Positions 1 to 9,090 of a stretch of 22,712 nucleotides of DNA are shown here, in pieces. Source of the DNA: Octopus sinensis (lineage: Eukaryota); contig NW_021836912.1 of the NCBI RefSeq assembly GCF_006345805.1, positions 1-22,712 of the forward strand. The letters are read 5' to 3'. The notes under the pieces were generated by a model. That model had not been told where the DNA came from and made no database searches. It was given only the letters and a program-made list of their open reading frames with translations. The number at the start of each line of letters is the position of its first letter. The first letter of the stretch is position 1. A program made the translations under genes and the position numbers.

Positions 1-1214
1 GAAGTTTCAGGTGTGGAAGCAAGATTAGAATCAAAGAGCCTTAGAGTCAACCTAGCTAAAACCAAAGTCCTAATAAGTAGGAAGGTAGACAAATCACAAA
101 CGCCCTCAGGTAGATGGCCCTGCTCGATCGTAAAAAGGCGTAGGTAGAAACTCTAATAAGATGCACCAAGTGTACAGCTATGGACACATAAGAGGTGCTG
201 CAATGTCAAAGGAAGGCTAACTAGGAAGATAGTTTTTGTATGTGGCAGATGCTCAGGAGCAATAAACACTGAAAATGCGCAGAGGCCAACTTTCGCCACA
301 TTCCAGGGAGAAAAACTAGAAATAGTTGATAGCTTCCGTTACCTAGGTGACCAAGTCAGTAGCGGGGGCAGGTGTGCTGAAAGTGTAACTGCTAGAGTAA
401 GGATAGCCTGGGCAAAGTTCAGAGAGCTCTTACCTCTGCTGGTGACAAAAGGCCTCTCGCTCAGAGTAAAATTACCTTCAGAGAAAAGTTGGACCGAAGA
501 AGCATCAGTTGTGGTGTGCAAGAGAGACGTTTGCGCTGGTATGGTCATGTGGCGAGAATGGATGAAGATAGTTGTGTGAAAAAGTGCTACACCCTAGCAT
601 TTGAGGGAACCTGTGGAAGAGGTAGACCCAGGAAGACCTGGGACGAGGTGGTGAAGCACGACCTTTGAACATTAGGGCTCACCGAGGAAATGACTAGTGA
701 CCGAGACCTTTGGAAGTATGCTGTGCATGAGAAGACCCGGCAGGACAAATGAGACCATAACCCGTGGCCTCTACCTGGGATGTAGCCAGTCCACTTATGC
801 ATACCTTTCCTTCTTAGGACACAAAACTCTACTTGTGAAGACCTGTTGAGGCAAGTGAAAATCAAAATCAAAATCGATCAACATCAATGGAAATTGTAGT
901 TGTGATACCAGTGCCGGTGGCATGTAAGAGAACCATCCAAACGTGGCCGTTGCCAGCGCCGCCCCGACTGGCCTATGTGCCGGTGGCATGTAAAAAGCAC
1001 CATCCAATCATGGTCGTTGCCAGCCTCGTCTGGCACCTATGCCGGTAGCACGAAAAAGCACCCACAACACTGTTGCCAGTGGTTGGCATTAGGAAGGGCA
1101 TCCAGCTGTAGAAACACTGCCAGATCAGACTGGGCCTGGTGCAGCCTTCTGGCTTCCCAGACGTCAGTTGAACCATGCTAGCATGGAAAGCGGACGTTAA
1201 ACGATGATGATGAT
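1..1214 (+). mobile_element. RTE-clade LINE, 3' part (copy A), degenerate and running off the window start
   Basis: Decayed RT C-terminal coding (KTKVLIS, SFRYLGDQ, GRPRKTWDEVVK), an internal deletion near 471, three ~65-bp units in the 3' UTR, a terminal CCATGCTAGCATGG-type hairpin and a (GAT)4 tail at 1203-1214 followed by (TA)n. Colinear with 4040-5589. Confidence 0.9.
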
Positions 1215-1234
1215 ATATATATATATATATATAT

Positions 1235-1419
1235 TAGAAGGTTTGGAGATGATGTACAGGTATTATATATTAGACGAAATAAGGCACTCAGAAATCTGGA
1301 TGGTTTTACGTTTATAGATATTTATTAATATCGATAAGCACACTCTATAAATGTGTTTACAAGGGGATTCTTAGAAAAACAGAATAGAAAATAATTCAGT
1401 ATTACAGAGATGGCAGAAT
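1235..1419 (-). mobile_element. Penelope-like element fragment (end of GIY-YIG region plus presumed terminus)
   Basis: 1330-1419 is the reverse complement of 2279-2366, which encodes FCHLCNTELF...VNTFIECAYR. The adjacent 1269-1323 recurs inverted at 1498-1553. Confidence 0.6.
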
Positions 1420-1553
1420 CTGGGATCTGCCATGTTCGACGGTGCTTTTTATGTGTCACCACTCTTAGTGGACACAAGCACTAATATATGATTTACAAAA
1501 ATATCTATAAATATAAAACCATCCAGATTTCTGAGTACCTTATTTCTTCTAAT
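1269..1553. repeat. ~55-bp inverted repeat pair (1269-1323 / 1498-1553)
   Basis: ATTAGA(C/A)GAAATAAGG(C/T)ACTCAGAAATCTGGATGGTTTTA(CG/TA)TTTATAGATATTT on opposite strands, 4 mismatches by eye. Confidence 0.9.
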
Positions 1554-1576
1554 TATATATATATGTGTGTGTATAT

Positions 1577-1610
<34 letters not shown>

Positions 1611-1620
1611 ATATATAATA
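1553..1620. repeat. Interrupted (TA)n/(TG)n microsatellite
   Basis: Read directly from the sequence. Confidence 0.95.
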
Positions 1621-2175
1621 TCATCATCATCATCGTTTAACGTCCGTTCCCCGTGCTAGCATGGGTTGGATGGTTCGACCGGGGATCTGGGAAGCCAGAA
1701 GGCTGCACCAGGCTCCGGTCTTATCTGGCAATGTTTCTACAGCTGGATGTCCTTCCTAATGCCAACCACTCCGTGAGTGTAGTGGGTGCTTTTTACGTGC
1801 CACCTGCACTGGAGCCAGGCGAGGCTGGCATCGACCACGGTCGGATTGGTGCATTTTACGTGCCACCTGCACGGAAGCCAGTCGAGGCGGCACTGGCTTC
1901 GGCCACGATTCATATGGTGCTTTTTACGTGCCACCGACACGGAAGCCAGTCCAGGGGTCCTGGCATCTGCCAGGTGCCAGTCATAGGATTGGTTCAATTT
2001 CGATTCCGATTTCGATTTCACTTGCCCAAGGCATAGGTGCCTGTTGTCGGATGAGGTTCGATATCAACTTCGCTAGCCTCAACAGGTCTTTGTGTGTCCA
2101 AGGGAGGAAAGGCATGCATAAGTGGGCTGGACTCACTTGTCCTGCCTGGTCTTTTCACGCACAGCATATTTCCAA
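1621..2175 (-). mobile_element. RTE-clade LINE, 5'-truncated 3' end (copy B)
   Basis: Reverse complement gives WKYAVREKT, then the 3' UTR with about 3.5 tandem units, the conserved terminal block and a (GAT)n tail at 1621-1634. Confidence 0.9.
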
Positions 2176-2829
2176 TTAAATATTGTAAATTAATTTGGTA
2201 TCTAAAAGACCATAATAAACAATTTAATTTAGATTGGTTGATTCTCTCCATTTCCTTCCCATATGATAAAGGCAAAGAATTCTGCCATCTCTGTAATACT
2301 GAACTATTTTCTATTGTTTTTCTAAGAATCCCCTTGTAAACACATTTATAGAGTGTGCTTATCGATGTAAACATTGGCAGAAACATACCTTTAGTTTATA
2401 TAAGTGATATCTACCATCATATATATAATTTGAACATTGATTTTCTTCTTACATTTCACTTCAACTAGATATATCTATTTCCAAGCCTTTAAGCTTTTAC
2501 TTAATTCACATATCGTTCTATATTTCTCCTTTATTAGTTTTCTGCTTATTTCTTTCCTTTAGCCCTCCTCTTTCTATAGGCTACCTTCAATGTTTTATCC
2601 TCAAACGGTTTTTTAAAAAAACTTAATTGTGTTCCATTCATCATTATACACATCCATCACATTCTGTTAAAATCTTTTATTGATGATTTTGGTTTATTTC
2701 TTTCTTTCCCTGATGAGAAGATTACATTGTTTTACACCATTTTATTCCTTTGGAATAATACCAATGTTGTCTTCAAAACATGTGTCGGAAGTAAAAGAAT
2801 TTGAATAACACCTGTGTTTAACTCCATTT
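2176..2829 (+). mobile_element. Penelope-like element 3' fragment: C-terminus of GIY-YIG endonuclease region plus 3' UTR/pLTR
   Basis: KLIWYLKDHNKQFNLDWLILSISFPYDKGKEFCHLCNTELFSIVF, then after a frameshift SKNPLVNTFIECAYRCKHWQKH*. This fits the PLE C-terminal pattern (IWxLKD..W.I...PY....CxLCxxE....LN......CxH). A hammerhead motif lies downstream and the fragment ends at (TA)n. Confidence 0.75.
2706..2790 (+). ncRNA. Type I hammerhead ribozyme with a G12A core mutation (probably inactive)
   Basis: Helix I TTCC(2706-09)/GGAA(2787-90); CTGATGA 2710-16; helix II GAAGA(2717-21)/TCTTC(2770-74), extended by ACATTG/CAATGT; AAAAC at 2775-79 in place of GAAAC; helix III AC-ATGT-GT; GTC cleavage triplet at 2784-86. 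Confidence 0.8.
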
Positions 2830-2837
2830 ATATATAT

Positions 2838-2869
<32 letters not shown>
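2829..2869. repeat. (TA)n microsatellite
   Basis: Read directly from the sequence. Confidence 0.95.
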
Positions 2870-3270
2870 TGGATCGTAGAGTGACCCGCTGTTCTTGAGG
2901 AGACCTATTGAGTCAAGTACGTCAACATCAAAATAAAAATCAAATGGAAATTGTAGTGACACGTAAAAAGCACCATCCGAATATGGCAGATCCCAGTGCC
3001 GCCTGACTGGCGTCCGTGTCGGTGACACATAAAAGCACCAACCAATCATGGCCGTCTGCCAGCCTGCTATGGACCCTGTGCTGGTGGCATGTAAAAAATA
3101 CCCACTACACTCATGGAGTGGTTGGCGTTAGGAAGGGCATCCAGCTGTAGAAACACTGCCAAATCAGACTATAGCCTGGTGCAGCCTCCGTGGCTTACCT
3201 GACTCCGGTCAAACCATCCAACCCATGCTAGCATGGAAAACGGACGTTAAATGATGATGATGATGATGAT
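2870..3270 (+). mobile_element. RTE-related 3' UTR-only copy (copy C)
   Basis: Tandem units at about 2955-3100, the conserved GGAGTGGTTGGCGTTAGGAAGGGCATCCAGCTGTAGAAAC block and a (GAT)n tail ending at 3270. The 5' part differs from copies A and D, suggesting another subfamily. Confidence 0.85.
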
Positions 3271-3280
3271 ATATATATAT

Positions 3281-4926
3281 AAAGAAAATGAATGGGAGAA
3301 AGAGAGTCTGCTGAGTGAAGACCCAACAGAGGGACCAGCTATCCGAGTTGACAGTACCTTGGTAGATAAAACAATTAAGAAAGTGAAAACAGGGAAAGCC
3401 CCCGGCCCATCAGGAATCACTGCAGAGATGCTCAAAATATCTGGCAGTGTTGGCTATAGCCTAGTCACCCGTATAGTTAACCAGGTGATACACGAAGGAG
3501 TCATACCCATTGACTGGTTAAGCAGCACTATAGTCAACTGCTACAAAGGTAAAGGTGATGCTTTAGATACAAATAATTAGAGGTATCAAGTTGTTGGATC
3601 AGGTAATGAAGGTCATGGAGAGGGTCATAGCCCAACTAATTAGGGAGAGAGTCAGTTTGGATGAGATGCAGTTTGGGTACATGCAAGGAAAAAGCACCAC
3701 TGATGCTATATTCCGGGTAAGACAGCTGCAGGAGAAATACCTAGCCAAAGATAAACCCCTGTACCTGGCTTTTGTTGACATGGAGAAAGTCTTTGACAGG
3801 GTCCCCCGATCCCTTATCTGGTGGTCAATGAGGAAACTAGGGATAGATGAATGGTTAGTGAGAGCTGTGCAAGGGATGCTGTCAGTTGTGTGAAGAATTC
3901 TAGGTAGAGGTAGGGGTCCACCAAGGTTCAGTCCTCAGCCCCTTCTATTTATCATAGTCCTCCAGGCAATATCAGAGGAATTCAAGACAGGAGGCCCCTG
4001 GGAGCACCTTGCTCTAATTGCTGTGTCACTATCAGAACTGGAGGAGAAGTTCCAGGTGTGGAAGCAAGGATTGGAATCGAAGGGCCTTAGAATCAACCTA
4101 GCTAAAACCAAAGTCCTAATAAGTAGGAAGGCAGGCAAACCACAGATCCCTTCAGGTAGATGGTCCTGCTTGATCTGTAGAAAAGGCATGGGTAGAAACT
4201 CTATAAGATGTACTCAGTGTGAGCTATGGACATATAAGATATGCAGCAATATCAAAGGAAGGCTAACTGGGAAAATAGTTTTTGTATGTGGCAGATGCTC
4301 AGGAGCAATAAACACTGAAAATCTGCAGAGAACAACTCCGGCAAGGAGAAAAACTAGAAGTAGTTGATAGCTTCCATTACCTAGGTGACCAAATAAGTAG
4401 TAGGGGAGAGTGCACTGAAAGTGTAGCCGCTAGAATAAGAATACCCTGAGCAAAGTTCAGAGAGCTCTTACCTCTGCTTTTACAAAGGGCATTTCGCTCA
4501 GAATAAAAGGCAGACTGTATGACACATGTGTACGAATAGTCATGCTACATGGCAGTGAAACATGGGCCGTGACTGCTGAGGACATGCGTAAGCTTGCAAG
4601 GAATGAAGCCAGTATGATCCGATGGATGTATAATGACAGTGTGCATACTCGACAGAGAAAAGTTGGACCTAAGAAGCATCAGATGTGGTGTGCAAGAGAG
4701 ACGACTGCGCTGGTATGGTCATGTGGCGAGAATGGATGAGGATAGTTGTGTGAAAAAGTTCCACTGCCTAGCGGTTGAGGGAATCTGTGCAAGAGGTAGA
4801 CCCAGGAAGACCTGGGATGAAGTGGTGAAGCATGACCTTTGAACATTAGGCTTCACCGGGTCAATGACTAGTGACCGAGACTTTTGGAAATATGCTGTGC
4901 TTGAGAAGACCCAGGAAGCCAAATGA
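3281..4926 (+). pseudogene. RTE reverse transcriptase pseudogene with an internal PHD-type finger
   Basis: Motifs KAPGPSG, QFGYMQGKSTTDAIF, AFVDMEKVFDRVPR, GVHQGSVLSPLLF, KTKVL and MLHGSETW. The expected YADD is deleted (PWE-HLALIA near 3998-4010). Several stops and frameshifts; the in-frame terminal TGA is at 4924-4926. Confidence 0.9.
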
Positions 4927-5589
4927 GACCATAACCTTGTGGCCTATGCCAGGGGTGTAACCAGCCCACTTATGCATACCTTTCATTCATTGGACACTAA
5001 ACTCTGCTTGCGAAGACCTGTTGAGGCAAGTGAAATCAAAATCAAATTCGATGGCTGGCACCCGTGCCAGTGGAGCGCTAACAGCTCCATCCGAGCATGA
5101 TTATTGCCAGAGCGGCTAACTGGCTTCCGTGCCAGTGGCACATAAAAAGCACCATTCGAGCGTGATCGTTACCAGCAAGCATGATCGTTGCCAGAGCAGC
5201 TAACTGGCTTCCATGCTGGTGGTATGTAAAAAGCACCATCCGAGCGTGATCATTATCAACAATGCCTTATTGGCACTTGTGCTGGTGGTACATGTAAAAA
5301 CATTCAAGTAAGGTCGTTGCCAGTGCTGTTGAACTGGCTCCTATGCAGGTGGCACGTAAAAAACACCATTTGAGCGTGACCGTTGCCAGTACCACCTGAC
5401 TGGCTCTAGTGCCGGTTGCACGTAAAAGCACATACTACACTCTTGGAGTGGTTGGTGTTAGGAAGGGCATCCAGCTGTAGAAACTCTGCCAGATCGAGAT
5501 TGGAGCCTGGTGCAGCCATCTAGTTCACCAGACCTCAGTCAAATTGTCCAACGCATGCTAGCATGGAAAGCGGATGTTAAATGATGATG
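3281..5589 (+). mobile_element. RTE-clade LINE, 5'-truncated 2.3-kb copy (copy D)
   Basis: RT pseudo-ORF at 3281-4926, 3' UTR with six ~65-bp units (5064-5432), terminal hairpin and a (GAT)n tail. Flanked by TA-rich microsatellite on both sides. Confidence 0.93.
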
Positions 5590-5627
5590 TATGTGTGTGT
5601 GTATATATACATACATATATATATATT

Positions 5628-6391
5628 TATACGATAGTGTAAAATTATACACATAAGGAATCTACACCCAGGGTGAAGATTCAGCGCATTAGAGAGCCAC
5701 AAAAATAAATGGTAAATGTTTTTCATTTTCAAATTTTTGTTCCTGTCGAATCTTATCCATTATTTTTGTGGCTCTCTAATGCGCTGAATCTTCACCCTAG
5801 GTGTAGATTCCTTATGTGTATAATTTTACACTATCGTATAATTAATATATAGTCTTTTTGACAAATTTTTTGCACGTTAGACCACTGGAAATGTAGATTT
5901 TGATTGAATATTTTAAATTTAATTAAATTCCATTTCCCTTTTGATATGATTAAGCATTGGCTGTCGATAGGACTGCGATTGCGCAGAGAAATTTTGAAAA
6001 GTTACTTCATGTAGTCAGCAGGCAGATAGTAGTTCCCTGTCTTCTGTCTTACATGTTTTAACCCCTGGTTGACCCTCGTTGAGAAAGATCAGACCTTGTG
6101 AGTTCCTATGACTCGCTAAAAGAAGATCAGAAATTATTGGTTGGGGGTAATAAATGGTAAATGTTTTTCATTTTCAAATTTTTGTTCCTGTCGAATCTTA
6201 TCCATTATTTTTGTGGCTCTCTAATGCGCTGAATCTTCACCCTAGGTGTAGATTCATTATGTGTATAATTTTACACTATCGTATAATTAATATATGGTCT
6301 TTTTGACAAATTTTTTGCACGTTAGACCACTGGAAATGTAGATTTTGATTGAATATTTTAAATATAATTAAATTCCATTTCCCTTTTGATA

Positions 6392-6395
<4 letters not shown>
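5628..6395. repeat. Inverted-plus-direct repeat module, possibly a non-autonomous Penelope-like pLTR structure
   Basis: 81-bp inverted arms at 5628-5708 / 5760-5840 (1 mismatch) and 247-bp direct repeats at 5704-5950 / 6149-6395 (3 mismatches) with a 198-bp spacer. TA tracts lie on both sides. The repeats are certain; the PLE identity is inferred. Confidence 0.7.

Positions 6396-6450
<55 letters not shown>
6394..6450. repeat. (TA)n microsatellite
   Basis: Read directly from the sequence. Confidence 0.95.
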
Positions 6451-6766
6451 CTCTATGCTTGGAATGACCAATTTTAAATACTATTGGAACTTACACACAA
6501 GGTACAGGAAACTTATATGTATACTATTCTGCTTAAATAATGGAACTGCAGATACAATATCCCTGCATATCTCACATCTGTTTTCATTCCTCTGCTTCAC
6601 TCTCTATTTCATATTTTCTCTAGAATAACTATTGCTTAACCATTTTCTCACATCGTCTCTGATAAAGGGATATATAAATTATCCTGGATACAGCTGTAAG
6701 ACCTTCTCTTTATAAATGTTCTGAAATCTTTCACAGCCTTGGATTTTTATCTCATTCTATTAATCT
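6451..6766 (+). mobile_element. Probable Penelope-like pLTR remnant
   Basis: AT-rich segment between TA tracts containing a decayed minimal hammerhead. No coding evidence. Confidence 0.5.
6655..6702 (+). ncRNA. Decayed minimal type I hammerhead ribozyme
   Basis: Helix I GTCT(6655-58)/AGAC(6699-6702); CTGATAA for CTGATGA; helix II AGGGATA/TATCCT; GATAC for GAAAC; palindromic helix III ACAGCTGT; GTA triplet at 6696-98. Confidence 0.65.
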
Positions 6767-7039
6767 TATATATATATATATCATATCTATAAAAGGGAAG
6801 ATGTGTGTGTGTACGTGATTGTAATTTATGCACGTCCACAAATTAGCACGCATATCGCTCTAATTTTAGGACATTTGTCAACATCCTGTCTGGGTTGTGT
6901 CAACTTATTTTTTTCCCCGAGGCACCTGCGGATAGGGGTAAAAATCTATTTTTAGACATAGCTTTTACGAATTTTGAAGATTGTTAACATGAGTTAAGTC
7001 CCTTCTTGCATTAGACAGCCATAGCCAAGTGAATGTGCG

Positions 7040-7118
7040 TGTATGTGTGTGAGGGAGAGAGAGAAGTTGTGTGTTGATGTATGTGTGTGTGTGTGTGTGT
7101 GTTGAGGGAGAGAGAGAG
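7040..7118. repeat. (GT)n/(GA)n microsatellite cluster inside the Helitron 5' region
   Basis: Read directly from the sequence. A further (CT)n(CA)n tract lies at about 7419-7446. Confidence 0.85.
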
Positions 7119-7415
7119 TGTTTCACAGCGTCTAACCAAAAATGTAAAGAAAAAGTATGTATAAGGAAGAGAGGGAGAGAGTTTGACAACGTCTAAAAAA
7201 ACAAGGTAAAGAGAAAGTGAGAGAAAGAAAGAGGGTTGGGCAGCGTCTATAAAGAAAAAAAGGTAAAATGTTTTGTTTTTTGTTAAACACAAGATATAGT
7301 TTTCAAATTTAGGATATTTTTGAAAGACACTACATTTTATAATCAGATTATGTACACTTTCTCACACAACAATTAAAATATATTTATTTAAAATCATTCA
7401 TGTTTCTCCCCCTCC

Positions 7416-7447
<32 letters not shown>

Positions 7448-8040
7448 TATTACTTTGGGCGCGAAAACATTTAGTTTTTATTTTACGCCGAGGGAAACGT
7501 GTTTGGTTGAGAATCCATTTATTTTACAACATAGAAGCAAAGAGGTACGTCACAATTTGTCAGTGATTTACAAAATATATAAATAGGTAACATTTCCGAG
7601 GCTTCTACCACACCTCACCCCGTTTTTCGGACCACAAAAGGGGTTTTGCAGCACGCAAAAAATCCGATTTTTTTCTTAGTGAAAATCGTGTGTTCATCTA
7701 CAAATTTACCAACACTTTTTTCCATTCATTTCTATTTATGAAATTCTCTGTACGTTATTTTCCTTTTTCAGTGGTCAAGGCAAATGATGACTTTGTACTA
7801 TAGTTATTTCACTTCCTATGTTATTTAAAGGATTTTTGATATGTGGAATTTCAACATTAGAAACAAGTTCAGAACATGCTACTCAAATTCTCTGAAACTC
7901 CTGCCATGAAATTTTGAATGTTAGATAATTAGTGTTGGTTCATTCAATTAGAAAATAAAACCTATTATTCTATTTTAGGCGATCTTACGGTATAAGTACC
8001 GGTGTACTTCCGGAAGCACCGAATACATTTCAAAAAAGTG

Positions 8041-9090
8041 GTTTTTTTATATATGGGGGGGGGTTAGGGGGGGAGAAAAAGGGTTTCTGTTGTTACGAAC
8101 CTGCCGTCGCTCAAACTCTTCAGAAACCCGGGACCCTACCAAGTCGAGCGACGACGATTGACCTGCTCGATCGAACGGGGAATTCGCCACGGAAAGAGAG
8201 AATTCGGTGGGGGAAGGTGGCAGCGAACTCAGCAACCGGCGACCGAAGAGAACAACAACAACAGGAAGAGATACAGAGAGACACGGCGGAAGGCAATTGG
8301 CTTACATTTAAAAACAGTTTATGACAATCATTACAACATCAAATACATCAAAGAAAATAGCATGCAACAAAATTAACAAGATCAAAGCATGCAGATACAG
8401 TTCAATACATTAGAGTCTTTCTCTTTCTTTCTTTCTTTTCAACAACTTTTTTCACAATGTCTTTACAATTTCATTTCTTTTTCTCTTTAACACAGTTCTT
8501 TCTTTTTCCTCTTTCCTTCTTTCTCTTTTTTTTAACATATCAATTCTTTTTTTACATTTCACATCAAAATACAACAACCAAAAGACACAAACAAAACTTT
8601 ACCGAACGTTTCTTTCCAGTCTGCAACAATTTCAGAAACTACTACCGTAATGGCCATGCCCTCTCGCCGTAATCTCTCCCAGTTCCTTCTCAGCTCCTTA
8701 ATCCCATCTGCCTGTCTTTCTCAACCTCTCGCCTGTCATCCTCTCACTGTCTGTCTGTCTTTCACATTCCCTGTCTCCGGCAGAACTACCTGTCACCAGC
8801 TCGCTCTGTTCCCGACTGTCCAACAAACTCACAGCTCCCGCATTTTAAAGGGGTGGTTCCTCGACCCTTCTTTGACCGGCAAAGGTCTCCTCTGAATACA
8901 TAAACCTCCCCAGAAACTGACAGAACAAAAGATTTACCCGTCTGCTGGACGCCAGCTCACAAAAGTAGGTCGCCTCCGAACTGACCTCCATATCACTGTT
9001 ATCTTCAGAAATGTAAACAAAGTCACGTGTGTACATATACAGAAGCATCGCCACACACCCTAACCCTAACCCCCCATATATAAAAAAAAC
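8041..9090. mobile_element. ~1.05-kb insert in the left arm of the TIR element, bounded by ~30-bp inverted repeats
   Basis: GTTTTTTTATATATGGGGGG...TTAGGG at 8041 mirrors CCCTAACCCCCCATATATAAAAAAAAC ending at 9090. The segment is absent from the right arm. No TSD found. Confidence 0.6.
8091..9055 (-). mobile_element. Solo-LTR-like segment (~965 bp)
   Basis: The minus strand starts TGTGGCG and ends GGTTCGTAACA, resembling Gypsy-type LTR termini, and is non-coding. No TSD, PBS or internal domain, so support is limited. Confidence 0.4.

Noticed and set aside
1269-1553. Independent MITE defined by the 55-bp inverted repeats
   Set aside because: The interior consists of Penelope coding and RTE pieces, and sequence continues beyond the left repeat to the TA tract. 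Inverted PLE ends explain it better, though a MITE is not fully excluded.
5064-5432. CRISPR-like repeat-spacer array
   Set aside because: The whole unit, including the apparent spacers, is homologous between repeats. It lies in a LINE 3' UTR in eukaryotic DNA and no cas genes are present.
6035-6095. Possible hammerhead on the minus strand (…CAACGAGGG…AAAACATGTAAGAC)
   Set aside because: Neither CUGANGA nor GAAA is intact, helix II does not start after the GA and helix I cannot be closed convincingly.
5704-6395. Miniature LTR retrotransposon (TRIM)
   Set aside because: The direct repeats lack TG..CA ends, and I found no PBS, PPT or TSD. The inverted 5' arm fits PLE-type structure better.
6965-8895. 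Short ORFs rich in HT, SL and F repeats
   Set aside because: They are translations of microsatellite and low-complexity DNA.
9058-9075. Interstitial telomere or chromosome fusion site (CCCTAA / TTAGGG)
   Set aside because: Only about two units occur at each site, always within inverted-repeat arms of mobile elements.
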